A DNA stretch of 62,631 nucleotides, filler included, from Dicyema japonicum (taxonomy: Eukaryota > Animalia > Dicyemida), in assembly GCA_011109175.1 (NCBI GenBank). It is 7 parts of 7 records of this genome, joined end to end, with 100 filler letters (N's around TTAATTAATTAA, not from the genome) between each part and the next. Parts side by side here need not be neighbours in the genome. Positions count along the whole stretch, not along the records: positions 1 to 12,518 come from RDEW01000199.1; 6 more parts are not named here. The stretch is one strand, 5' to 3'. The notes beneath the pieces are model-generated. The model did not search any database, was not told the DNA's origin, and saw nothing but the letters and a program-made list of their open reading frames with translations. Of the stretch, positions 1-11,872 are shown one piece after another (within the stretch, counting starts at the first letter, position 1; every line of letters starts with the position of its first letter). A program made the translations under genes and the position numbers.

Positions 1-3
1 CCG

Positions 4-720
4 CACTTCTATGCAAGGAGGCGGATGTAACCATATGCCATCGACGATTCCTCCACAACACCATCAACTCCCAGGCGCTGTGCGATCCCAATCGGAATAC
101 AGTTTTCGTCCAAAAGGGTCCCTAGAGAGGAACACGGGAGTGCATCCGCCATGCTCCTCTCCCATGGTTGGAAGCGAACACAGGCACCCAAAATGATGCT
201 GTTTGGCCGCAGACTTTTGCGTTGTAGATATTCTCGGAGTAGATCTCATCCCAGTCGCGTTACCTAGAAACTTCGTTCGGCGTGTCCAAACCAGCAAAAC
301 GATGCTGTTTGGCCGCAGACTTTTGCGTTGTAGATATTCTCGGAGTAGATCTCATCCCAGTCGCGTTACCTAGAAACTTCGTTCGGCGTGTCCAAACCAG
401 TTTCATACCATTCGTGGAAAACTATGTTCCAAGAAAGTCCGGTTAGAAAACGTAAGATATTTTGTACCAAAAGACATCCACTTGAGAGCGATGACAGATA
501 TGCTAGAAAAACGATCTCCAGCGTTGATCTGAGACCCGTGCCTCTGAGACGAGTAGAAAGCTTGCATTGATTCCAATTTGGCGCATCAAAATAAATGCTT
601 AGAAGCGATTCAGCTGATTTTCTCAATTTCTTATCCAGTGAAAGGAGGATGCCCCGATGTTTGAAGCAGGGGGAGCAACGGAAAGCATATAGGAGTTTGG
701 GTAAGCTGATGCTATTCTTC
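4..720 (-). mobile_element. CRE-clade non-LTR retrotransposon fragment (post-RT region), degraded
   Basis: Minus-strand pieces (..ADALPCSSLGTLLDENCIPIGIAQRLG..; STLRIVFLAYLSS) are homologous to the CRE copy at 17075-18728 (GAWLNAIPNGALGTFLDNKCVRSGISLRL). Contains an adjacent ~105-bp duplication (196-295/301-400). Confidence 0.7.
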
Positions 721-1261
721 AAAAGGAAGAACGCTGTGTACGCATTGAGTAAAAAGAGTTTGTTTTTAAATTATTTAAAATTTTTTATTTGAAAAATAAA
801 TGCAAGAATTGCAATTTTAAATTTAAAAAAATATAACTAAAATTAATTATTATTCACTACTTTGTTATTTATCGAACAAAAAAAAACTTTTGTGAAATTT
901 TTTTGGAATCTCTTAAGCAAATATTGTTTCTTATTAAAAATCTTATAAAATTGACTAACTAACCCAAAACAGAATCAAGATATAATCGTGGATGTTTCAC
1001 ATATTTTTAAAATTAAAAACTATTATNTTTAAAAAAATATAACTAAAATTAATTATTATTCACTACTTTGTTATTTATCGAACATAAAAAAAACTTTTGT
1101 GAAATTTTTTTGGAATCTTTTATGCAAATATTGTTTCTTATTAAAAATCTTATAAAATTGACTAACTACCCCAAAACAGAATCAAGATATAATCATGGAT
1201 GTTAAACATATATTAAAAATAAAAACTATTATTAAATAATTTATAATAAATTTTACGGAAC

Positions 1262-1319
1262 CTTAAAAATGGCTCCGCGGAACCCTGGGGTTCCCGAGAA
1301 CATAGGTAGGGAACCACTG
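1262..1319 (-). mobile_element. hAT (Buster/Charlie-type) terminal inverted repeat, single end
   Basis: GGGAACCACTG (reverse complement CAGTGGTTCCC) is followed by CTCTAGAG, a typical nnnTAnnn Buster target site. Partner end not found. Confidence 0.55.
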
Positions 1320-2865
1320 CTCTAGAGGTTCTCTATTTTAAGGAAAAAAATCTCATGTAAGGTTTACAACAAATTAAGAAAAAATAAAAAATCAGAAAAA
1401 CCGAAAAAATACAATTAAGAATTCTTCGCTTTAGATTTCTAAAGAATGGACTCCGCTTTGTCTTTAATTTTTTGATTGTGGATTTCCAGAATATCCCTTT
1501 TATGGGCAGTTTCCTTTTTCATGAACTCAATGAATTTGGAAGTGTCATCAAATATTATATTAGTATTTCTTGGACAAGTCTGGGTTGAATTCCATCTGGC
1601 ACACATTGGGAAACTTAGAAATGTCTTCCTTACGAAGAACTAGCATTCTATGATCTCAGAATTTTTTAAATTTTGGGCCAACGGGATCGAACGTGGATCC
1701 TACGTATTTCATATCTTTATTTTGTTCGGAACTTCATTAGACAATCTGGTGAGTTTTCGGCAAACCACGTGAAAAAATTATTTGCTAAAAATTTCTGAAC
1801 CAACGTCTTTGAAATCTCCGCTAATTTATTAGAATATATCCACTGTTGAAAAGGGAGCTGAATTAACTTACCAGATTTTATCTCAGTCGATGTGGAATTG
1901 TTATAAGATTCATGCACGTGGAGTTAACTTGAATCCACTAGGATGAACCCAAATGTAAAAAAATCTCTTAGAAAAATGTCGCTATGAGCTCTGCTAGTAT
2001 TTTAGTGGAGTGTATTATCCTGATTCCACTAGGATGAACCCAAATGTAAAAAAATCTCTTAGAGAATTGTCGCTATGAGCTCTGCTAGTATTTTAGTGGG
2101 ATGTATTATCCTGATGTCGTAGTTATGTAGGCTCAAAAATTTATTGAAAAAATCTTAAGTATTTTGGTAGCTGAAGAAGCAAGAGAGTGATACGAAGTTT
2201 TCAACGAAATCAAAAGTGCGATTGATTCACGACTCAGATGGATTTTTACAGCGCCCGAGAATAGCCATCATCTGCCACAATCCTCATTAAGCAATGTCAT
2301 AGGACGTGACAAAGCACATGCAACAAGGAAAACCAAATTTTTGCCATGTCCCGTAGCCAGTCAAAGTCTTCCTCGTCCATGATGCGTCTCTCTATTTCTT
2401 TAAGTTTTTCGTAAGAGACGGTCGGTAGGTTTCTTCGCTCGACCACAGAAACTAAAACAAAGTAGTCCTTCTTGGCTACGTTTGTGGGGGTCCACAGGTC
2501 CATCCAAACTATATGTCCAAATAGCCTCCAGCTTGTCTCATATATGTTTTTGTTTCCAAATAAAGCAAATTCAAGTTCATTAATATTGTACCCTGGCTAA
2601 TAATAATAACACCAGAGACCACGGTTACACAAACTAACTAATCACGTGATCCCACCACGTTCTAGCAGGGACCTCAGAATTTTTAAAAAGACAATCTAAA
2701 ATACTTTTCTAAATAAATCATTAAAAACGGGTTTTAATTTTACGGAAAACACAATTAAATCAAATTTACTAACTGCTTCTAAACCTTTCTCCTCTTGGAA
2801 GTGGAGTCTTTGACTTGAAATCCATTCGTTTTCACCTCACTCAGGTTACCTTGAACGTCATTGAA

Positions 2866-3620
2866 CTAATGTGCTAATTCCACCAGGTGATTGTTTGCTG
2901 TAACAGAATCTTCCTCGATAATGTGCACCCCATATTTATACTCCACTAACATGGTCTCCAACGTCTTTTTGAAGACAGCGGATTTAATGTATGTTCTAGT
3001 TGGTGCTTCGACTGAAATGGCTCCCAAGTGAGATTTATAAGCCTCCGAACGAAGACACAACAAAGGAAGTAATTGGGATAACATTGTCTGCTCCAAAATT
3101 TTGGAAGACCTTAAAAAGAAACAAATCAACATCGTCTGGATTGTTTGGTGTCAGCTTCAAATGGAGGGAGTAAAACATCGCTTGGTGAATTACTCTCCCG
3201 GTCGTTCTACAAAACGATCTGAAAGCTGTGAAGAAAACATTGGCATCTGGTGACGATCTGGATTTACTAGGGGACCTAGCGAAGAACAGAAGAGCTTGGA
3301 GCAACCTAGCTAATTCTCTTATATTTTTTAGGGAAAATCCTAAATTATATCCAGAAAAGTACAATTAGTCAAAAACATCCAGAGGAGCACCTCCTGGACG
3401 GCACTTCCTTCAAATCAAGCATGCGAAGTATGCTGAAAGACGCCAGGATCACCCGTTTTTGTCTAATCTATGTATGGCGCTGTCTTCTGGTTCAATAAAT
3501 TCGAAGTGAATTCGAAAGATGTCGGAGGATGGGATCCTTAATTTAGCAAATTAATACCTTCTTTCTTGGTGCTCTTGGCGTTTTGAAATAAAATGTTCAA
3601 TAAATTTAATCCCACTTGTT
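2866..3620 (-). pseudogene. Candidate micro-intron gene or pseudogene of unknown identity
   Basis: Coding-like, GC-richer segment with GT-AG candidates of 21-23 nt (e.g. 3537-3557). Ends in an open frame ..SSKILEQTMLSQLLPLLCLRSEAYKSHLGAISVEAPTRTYIKSAVFKKTLETMLVEYKYG... No single consistent spliced frame and no family recognised. Confidence 0.25.
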
Positions 3621-4679
3621 GCTAGGATTCAAAAATGATGAAGACGCTTCAGCTTTCGAAGCTGAGATCAATACTAAGGTACCTTTTGTGCGGGAGCACA
3701 TAACATGTCATGGGTAATTCCTAAGGCTTCGGATTCAATAGTGCTAGTCTTCGGAGTCCCTCTGGACTTAGTATATGATAATGTATTAATAATATTCATT
3801 GAAACAATGTATAATCACGATGTAACGACATAACTATTTTGAATCCAAATAATACGAAAGAACCAACAGAATATAAATAAGGACAAATCAAATAGTGAAA
3901 AATAATCCATATTTATAGGTTAAACAAATATAAAATATATATTAGACATTTTGATAACAGCCTTCAACACCATTTGATAAATCCAATAATATAATGTATG
4001 ACAATACAGTAGAAAGTAAAACAAAGTAGCCGAACATCCAACCACAAGAAAGTGGCAAACGAATGCCAAATAATATGTTAATGTAATTATAGGTTCGCCA
4101 TATAGCAAAATTATTTTAATAATAAAAATGTATTAAATTAATTTAAATTAGTCAAAATTTTATGTGTCTATGTTATTATCGTATTCTCAGCATGTCTATT
4201 CTACCCCGCTCGGAAAGTTTTGAATATAATGCCGTGTGATTCACCTTCATGTGAGATCGGTCACTTGAAGTATTGGAAAAGAGTCGCAAACTCCCTATCC
4301 CACAACCAGATCTGAATCATTTAATTATACGATAAGTCTTATCCTCTTTATTTTGATTTGGGGGTGAATACATTAAATTAAATTCTACCACGCTTACGAG
4401 CCGATGAACTGTGGAGACGTGTGAGGAGGAAAGTTACATAGTGATAGCTAGTAGAACGAATTATGACCACAATGCACAGCTAAAGTTCAAGTATTCATAT
4501 ACTTAGGGGGTAGATACCTCTCATAATGCGATCTCAATGTTCTTGAAAAGCTATTGCGCCATTCTAGTTTCACTTTTCCTCTTCGCTGTAGGCGGTCCGA
4601 TTAACCATATAAGCCCAGACATACTCGAGCCTAATAACGCCAGATGTCTAAACAGTGATCGGCTGAAAAAAAGAATCAG

Positions 4680-4945
4680 TCCACGATGCCGTGGTACATC
4701 TTCCTTTTCAAATTTCAGCAGTGCTGGCTGCAGAACCTATGTGCAAAAAGTACGCGGTCCTACCCAAGGATTTTTCTTTTGTTCCACTCGCCATTGAGAC
4801 GTCTGGTTCCCTTGCGTCGTCTAGGGAATCGGATTTCTACACGATCAGGAGACCCTCGTGAGCGCTGCTGGTTCTTTGAGCGAATCTTGCTCGCCATCTT
4901 GAGAGGGAATAGCCACGCAGTTAGGTCAGCCACTATATGACCATT
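4680..4945 (+). mobile_element. CRE-clade retrotransposon 3' end fragment
   Basis: ..RRLGNRISTRSGDPRERCWFFERILLAILRGNSHAVRSATI* matches the C-terminus of the copy at 18426-18728 (GRLGNRITSCTGDLRERRWLFERSSLAIQRE..HAVRAA). Confidence 0.75.
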
Positions 4946-5439
4946 TACTCTCTTTTCTTTCCTAAATAAAATAAATAATTTTAGTAAACTTGACCATTAG
5001 GGAAATTTTAAATTTAAGTTGTTAGTTGTTTTAACGAAATTTAATAGAAAGTTAAAATTACTCTTCATTTTGCATATATTTGGTTGAGACAGCACAAGAC
5101 AGAATTCTTAATGAAAATATTAAACTATTTATCTTTTACAATCTCCCGACAGCAGAGAACGAGGATCGTTTGGACATAACTTAAAAACTACACATAAATA
5201 AAATTGAAACTATTTTTGCTAGAAAAACAAGGCAATTTAGATCATTTTGTTGAAAAAGTGAAGTTTTCAGTATATAGAGGAGGCATAAATAAAATTGAAA
5301 CTATTTTTGCTAGAAAAACAAGGCAATTTAGATCATTTTGTTGAAAAAGTGAAGTTTTCAGTATATAGAGGAGGCCCGTCAGCAGGATGAAAATCTGGAT
5401 ACATCCCGGAGTTTAAATTGTGATTTACTAGAATAAAAA

Positions 5440-5700
5440 TATCAAAGATCAGGTTTGGGCAGTTAGATGTAACGCCTTAGCAAATTTAATAGCTCCACCG
5501 TGTTTGAAAGTCAACTTGAAAATGAGCAGAATCGGTCTGTCGTCAACTTCAAAGCGGATGAAATTGGACCCTTCCACGCTGTTCGCACCTAAGAAAAGCT
5601 GTTCAATGGAGACTTTTTTCAAACAGAAAAATGGCACGGAAAGCGTTTTGAAGTCATTCCTTGGGTCAGAATAGCGGAAGGTCATCAAAGTCAAACATAA
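5440..5700 (-). mobile_element. LINE (I/Jockey-like) post-RT remnant
   Basis: ..LLIFKLTFKHGGAIKFAKA resembles the LGIxLDxKLTFxxH motif downstream of LINE RT domains; heavily decayed. Confidence 0.35.
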
Positions 5701-6055
5701 ATTTATTCCATGCGAGGTGAGAAAAATTTCACCGGTTAGCGCTTCTTGAAATAATGAAGGTAACTATGATGTGCCTTGAATTCACCCTTTAAGTTATTAG
5801 CGTAGATTAAATGTCTGTTTATGTGTTGTTTTAATGAAAATGAATTAAACAACAAGTTATGGAATAGGTATCTATCAGTCCGCTGGTTGGCCTGGACTGT
5901 TCATCCGGGTACCCCTTTTCCTTGCTAACAATCCATTTGCTGGTCTAGGCAGTTACACATTTTAATTCCATCTCCAGAACGTTGTAGGTATAAAGCCAGT
6001 AAGCCCATCTCCAATTAGTTCTCCCTTTATAGGTCCTTTCCCCAGTATGTTCTTC

Positions 6056-6290
6056 CACAGTAATCCCAGGTCCTGTAGGGACCGATGATGTGGTTAACAA
6101 AGTCCCGTGTAGATCCCAATTCGAATGTAGGGAACAATTGGTGTGGGTACCCCACTGTAGGTCCCAACTCCAGCATGTACTTTCACAGTAGTCCCAGGTC
6201 CTGTAGGGATCAATGGTATGGGTAACAAAGTCCCGTGTAGACCCGGATACGAATGTAGGGATCAATTGGTGTGGGTACTAGGTCCAACTT
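6056..6290. repeat. ~129-bp imperfect tandem repeat (2 units)
   Basis: CACAGTARTCCCAGGTCCTGTAGGGA..AACAAAGTCCCGTGTAGA..GAATGTAGGGA..CAATTGGTGTGGGTAC occurs twice (about 6056-6184 and 6185-6290). Confidence 0.8.
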
Positions 6291-7039
6291 GGAAAATATC
6301 CGGAGATTTTGACCCTTTGGCTACTGCGTCCCCCAAAAGGTTCCTTCGTTCTTGTAGAATATGTCCATTCGGCCCGTAATATGTTTCTCCACCTCGTAAT
6401 ATGTTCCTTCGTCTTGTAGAATAAGTTCAATCGACTTGTAATACGTTTCTTCGCCTTGAGGAGATTCCCTTGCAGTGCAATAGGTTACTTCGTCTTGTAG
6501 TATGGCCCTTGCAATGTGGATCCTCGCTTTGAAACTCCTCCGACTTGAGAACATGAAAGTAGAAAACGAAAATTTGAAGATGGACAGCTAACAGTGGTTC
6601 ACGCCCATAAAAGTTGTTTTAATGTACCTTTCTTCTGAAATAAAATTACTCTATTTTCGTGGTAGCAATCATTTATTGGCATATCGATTAACAACAAGAA
6701 CCAGATTTGAAAATAAAAATTTTAAATTTATTTTATAAATTTTATCAAATATAAAAAAATTTAAAGGCGGAGAAGAAGCGGAAGTATGCTTTTCTCGTAA
6801 ACGAATTGGAGATAATGTATCGATGCAAAGTTCATTTAATCCTTATGTGAAGACATGGATTGTATCGGGAATAAATTCCACTAAGGTACCTGAGATAGTT
6901 GGAAGTCGATAGAAATTTCCATGCATATGTACAAACAACTGTCCTCAAAATAGCCCTTTAGAACGTGTCTCGTGACTAATGGCGTACGAACTTTACTGTG
7001 GAGCCTACAAGAGGATAACGGTAGACAGTTGGAAAAAAT

Positions 7040-7215
7040 ATTCCAGTGGAGTGGGTAAGAAAAAATGATCCTTTTTCATACCAACCTATAACTGGTAAGA
7101 CAAGTCCATCCAGAACCAGATTAAAAGGTAAAAGAAGTCTATTTCTTGCAATTGTGGAAACCCCTCCAGTGGAGTGGGAAGATCAAATGATTTTTTTTCG
7201 TGCCATCCTGGCATT
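7040..7215 (-). mobile_element. SINE family B, partial copies
   Basis: CCAGTGGAGTGGG..AAATGATCCTTTTTC..GTGCCATC is the reverse complement of the family-B body seen at 40380-40445; present twice. Confidence 0.5.
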
Positions 7216-7559
7216 CCGATAAATTATTCTGTGGTTCATTTGGATAGATTGCTTCCAAGAATCTTTTTACTAAAATTCCATTTTCATCAAAAATCTAAGT
7301 TATTTTTCCGAACATTTCATCCTTAGAAAACAAGTCGGGCTCTTGGGTTTGATCACAGACTAACCATCAAAGATAATACTTGAAGCTTTTCCGGTCCTAG
7401 ACTTCCAGTGAGCATCGAAGATATGTGACCTCCGGTGAGCAGACGTACAGCATTAGCAGCTGGAAGACTGAGGACGGCAAGCCTCCTACAGGATAGGGAG
7501 GTCGGGGCTAGTAACTAATGAAACTAGAAATGACATTGTATAACTTCTCCCAAAATCAA

Positions 7560-8235
7560 ACAGAAGCTATTTTTACTGTCGAGGAGATGGTATGTTTCTA
7601 AGGTTATCTAAGCCTCCATATGTGAGATAAAAATTAAATAACAAGAGGAGGTGAAAAAAATGGTTGTTGAAATTTACAAAAGTCAATTCAAAAAAAGGTT
7701 TAACCAAAGCCAGATGTCACCAATGTTTCTTGGAATCAATGGAGACGCTTGTCATAGCGATTCTTAAAAATGTGGACGCAGAATCGACCATCGTATGTTG
7801 GAGTGGATATTCGCTAGGGTTCAGCGCTCAGCCCCCTGTTATTCAACATTCTCATGGCTATGATATCGCTATAGAAATTCTTAAGGATTACGCAAAAATC
7901 TCGTATGTGTCCAGCCATGAAAATAGTCGACAACAGGAAATAGCGTGTCTCCAAGGGTTTGACAATCTCAGCAAAAAACTAATCCTCTGCTGATCTCTAA
8001 CATTCGTAAATTCAATCGACAATGCTGCGACTTAAGGAACAAAATAGATGCCGTACACTTACACTGCCTAGGAGAGTTAATTTGAAAAAAAGGGACTTTA
8101 TGGAAGACATAGTTTTAGAAAAAAAGGGTCTTCCAAGCACATCTATGTCTGTAATAGTTAAAAATTGGATGAGATTTTTTATGTTTTTTCGAGACAAGTC
8201 GTCCTGCACTGTTCCTGCACTTTTTTACGTGACAC
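7560..8235 (+). mobile_element. LINE RT core remnant (RTE/CR1-like)
   Basis: GTGGATATTCGCTAGGGTTCAGCGCTCAGCCCCCTGTTATTCAACATTCTCATG translates as V(G)IR*GSALSPLLFNILM, the RT motif B with a stop. Flanks frameshifted. Confidence 0.6.
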
Positions 8236-8260
8236 CAATATATTTGCATACACATTAACT

Positions 8261-8535
8261 GGGCGGCACAGTGTAATGAGTGCCGGGAAAAATGACTGAT
8301 GGCCCTTAGTTCGAACCTTGCGAATGAAAGTTCAACGCATATACGATGCTTTGAATTGACTAGTGACGCCTTAATAAACATCTCACTGCAGAACAGGATC
8401 GTTTAACAAAAAAGACCACAACCAACAAAAAGAATAAAGAAGTGAAGTGCATTCCTTGGTTTTCCCTCGTTGATTAGTCTGATAATTCTTCTTTACTTAA
8501 ATAAAGTGTGTGTTCTGCCTGGGAGGGATATAGCT
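8261..8535 (+). mobile_element. tRNA-derived SINE family A
   Basis: Degenerate A box (GGCACAGTGT) and B box (AGTTCGAACC); body ..GACTAGTGACGCC..GCATTCCTTGGTT..AATAAAGTGTGTGTTCTGCC shared with 26700-26885, 28005-28292 and 40905-41125. Confidence 0.7.
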
Positions 8536-8649
8536 ACAATAGCTCTTCGTAAAATGCAGTATTATTATATACATTAATTATTTTCATTTGTTTTCTGCTA
8601 GTCCATAATTTGATTCCGCAATCATTGTCTTATTTATGCATTTTCAGGC

Positions 8650-9400
8650 TTTGAGGAATGTCAAATCCAATGCCATAATAGTTTAACTCTGGTTGTAGTA
8701 CAATAAATTTGTACTCACATAATCCTCAANCTATTTGAATTTTAATCCATATAAACATCGGAGTAAATCCGTTCAACAATGGATATCTACTCATTTGTCC
8801 AATACATCTTTGTGAGAGCTTTGAGGAGTATCGAACCAAGACTAAATCCCTGATACCGTATCGGGATAATTAGTTTTTTGTTATTATGGCATTTGGAATT
8901 CTAATTCATCTCAATGTCCTTTGGAAGTGAACGCTTTTGTTTGCTACATTTCGTTAGCCGTAGGTTTCTTTCACTTTAAGGAAGTGTTAATAAATAAGTA
9001 AACAATCGGTCAATTGAGAAATTTGATAATCTGACTTGTCCCTTCATTCATCTTTGGCAATCACAAGACAAGTAATCTTTATTCTTTTCCCGATGCCTTT
9101 AATTTTCTTTTTTTAACCAGATCCGATGGTTACACCTGTCACAGGAGACGCTAAATACTTAGAAGACATACAAAGGATCCTTCTACCCTACTACATTGTA
9201 AGGGTTGCCACAATGACGAATATGGATGATGTAAGCTTGCATATGTTGAATTGAACGTCGAAAAATTATTCTAATTTCATGAATCACTTTTTCCCGTTCC
9301 AGTTATAACCGGAACAATTGGGGGTGTTTTCGTTATCATTTTGTTTTCTAACATCATAAAGTTCAATTTCCAAGGTCTTTTCAAAGCAATTTTATATTTC
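8650..9400 (-). mobile_element. LINE RT N-terminal remnant
   Basis: YQGFSLGSILLKALTKM resembles the NYRGISLLS..K..TK motif of RTE/CR1 RTs; many stops. Confidence 0.4.
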
Positions 9401-9479
9401 TGATTAATTTCATCCCAGGCCACAAGTAGAAAAGTTCATAAGTCTTTATTATTATTTATTAGAATACCTATTTACAATT

Positions 9480-10750
9480 TGAAAACAATAATTTTTTAAT
9501 GTTGATCTTTCAACTTACTCTAGAGATGCCATGCTTCTCTAAAATTCAAATTTATACATATATGTTTTTCCTTGCAGATTCGAATTACTTCATTTTGATT
9601 TAACTTCCTGGTCATATCCCTTCTAAATTTTCTAAGACAAATTTAAAAATTTAGAATTGTCAGACTATTTACTCAATGAACCCTCCAGAATAGAGAACAA
9701 TTCATTATCCCAGCAAAAAAGTACAACCAATGAAATAGCTGCTCATCTTTTGACGTCACTAGAAGACTCTGACATATTGAATTCATCAATTCGACAATCT
9801 GATATATTCAACCAAAATTGTACCTCACTCGTGTTTCATCACCGAAAATCGAACATATTTCAAAACTCTCCAAAAGAAAGCGCACTAGTACGAATAAGAG
9901 CCTCCTTGTCTATACAGGTCACCAACAGTAGTTTTAGGAGATTATTGTTGTACATCGGAAGCAAAGCACCTAAAAATAAAAACAGAGGACCTATTCTTCG
10001 ACAGACCTTCACAATTACCTCTAGACCTTTGAAATTCTTTGTTCCAACGTGACTGTACTATAAGAATCCCCATAGCCAGTTTATAGACAGAAGATGACGA
10101 CTAAACTGATGCTTCGAAGAATGCATCCAATNTGTTGTACATCGGAAGCAATGCACCTAAAAATAAAAACAGAGGACCTATTCTTCGATAGACCTTCACA
10201 ATTACCTCTAGACCTTTGAAATTCTTTGTTCCAACGTGACTGCACTATAAGAATCCCCATAGCCAGTTTATAGACAGAAGATGACGACTAAACTGATGCT
10301 TCTAAGACTCCAGCCAATTGAGGGACAAATTTATACAATGAATCCCAATCTAATAAACTAATCAAAATAACGGGAAAAGGTTGCCATAATGAACGAGCCA
10401 ATCACAATCAAATGCAATATAGACTTACAGACCACCGACCTGCTTTATCCGAGTCGCTTGTGTCTGAAAATCAGTTTACACNTAAATAATGGGAGATCAG
10501 CGGATCTAGGTTTTTTACAACTTTCACAAAAGTGGGAGACACGTGTTCGCTTGCCATTGCCTTTTCGATGACATCGTACAATAAAATGCAGAATTTCTAC
10601 AATAAATTCTAGAAATGAACAGATGGCATCAGTCACATCAGTCATGATGTACAAAACGGTGGAAAATGGCTAAAAATTACAAAAAGCATTCCTTTAGGTA
10701 AAATAAGTCAGCTTTTTCCAGATGAAGAAATTCATCAAAACGGCAAATGG
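9480..10750 (-). pseudogene. TANGO6: TANGO6/Rtp1-like HEAT-repeat gene, C-terminal part, disrupted, with micro-introns
   Basis: Spliced pieces: TLEQRI-KGLEVIVKVCRRIG|ALLPMYNNNLLKLLLVTCIDKEALIRTSALSFGEF..TSE|IVELMNSICQ-SESSSDVKR-AAISLVVLF..ASLE*VERSTLKNYCF. These align from memory with the TANGO6 C-terminus ([65 protein letters not shown]). Introns 9970-9990 (21 nt) and 9799-9823 (25 nt). Several stops and frameshifts plus an internal duplication. Confidence 0.55.
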
Positions 10751-11200
10751 CCTGCAATTTACGCACGTGACAAAATACGCACGTGGGACTTAATCTATGT
10801 GTAATTTCATTGTCATTTAAAGGAAGGATAGTTCAAATTTGATGGGTTTCCGTAATTAGATTATTGAGATACAGAAGAGCACTCAGTTTGGAGTATTGAA
10901 AGTTGTGTGAAAATAGAGAGTCTTATTAAGTCCTTGTACTCTGAATGGTTTCGATCAAATTATTATAAATTTATTTAGTCGATTATAATTTTGTTTATGT
11001 CTGTAATTTAACTTTTTATTGAATTATACCTTCTCTTCCGAGGAAAGAAAATGCTCAACAAGATCACAATTCATTTAAATTTATTTATTTTTAATAATAT
11101 TTATAAAACTATAATAATGAAAACTAAAAAAATAATAATTAACCAGCAAAAAGTAATGATTCATTTCATTTCACTTGAAATATTTATGTTTGTATCGAAT

Positions 11201-11523
11201 AGCCGCGTGGCGCCATGTGGTGCTGCGTGGTTAATTGGTTGAAATTTTTTGCTTGCTTGTCTGTTCCTCCTCTCTCTTCATAATAGAGTGGCGTCATGTG
11301 ATCCACCTGTCAAGGTGACGCCCAGTGCCAGGCCGGCACGAAAAAGGATCATTTGCTCTTCCCCCTCCAATGGAGGGGTTTTCACAACTTCATGTAATGG
11401 ACGTCTTACCTTTTATGCTGATTCCGGATGGACTCTGTTTCTGTAAATGGAAACTGGATATACTTAATTAGTTGTTTGCTTTAACTTCTTTCTCGGTGTA
11501 TCCGGGGTTAATAAATAAATAAA
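11201..11523 (+). mobile_element. SINE family B (~320 bp, TAAA tail)
   Basis: Starts AGCCGCGTGGCGCCATGTGG (A-box-like) and ends GTGTATCCGGGGTT(AATA)n. Colinear with 40262-40582. Confidence 0.7.
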
Positions 11524-11557
11524 TTTCACTTGAGTCATATAAGAGAATTTTATAGAT

Positions 11558-11872
11558 CAGTGGTTCTCAATCTTTTTTGTCTGAGGGCCAAATCAATAAT
11601 TAAAAATCGGTTCTCGAGCCGCAAAAAATTTTTTTAATAAAATTAAACTTTATTAACTAAAATTAATGTGAGAATTGAATCTGCTTTCCTTCTGTTATTG
11701 TTGCAAAACAGATTAGAGTCAGGGTTTGGTTTGCAGGTTAGAGATTAAGGTTCGGGATCAGAGTTAGGGTTGTGGGTGATGATTAGAAAAACAATAGTTA
11801 AAATATTTAATATTTTTTTAATTTAAGCGAGCTACACCTAAGTAGCAGATGGACCTCGGTCGAGATCCACTG
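11558..11872. mobile_element. hAT/Buster MITE, 315 bp
   Basis: TIRs CAGTGGTTCTC and (reverse complement) CAGTGGATCTC; 8-bp TSD TTATAGAT / GTATAGAT (7/8 match, central TA). Confidence 0.8.

Noticed and set aside
1830-1900. 29-nt intron in ORF 1717-1917 (GTAAGT..CAG)
   Set aside because: Splicing gives a stop in every phase tested.
6056-6290. CRISPR-like array
   Set aside because: Only two long imperfect units with no unique spacers and no cas genes, in a eukaryotic context.
10445-10654. piggyBac-like Cys-rich tail (RCH..SHFCESCKKP)
   Set aside because: An alternative frame of the same strand gives better, colinear TANGO6-like sequence, and there is no piggyBac DDD core or TTAA-flanked TIR.
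11712-11780. Telomere or interstitial telomeric array
   Set aside because: Too short and degenerate, and lies inside a MITE.
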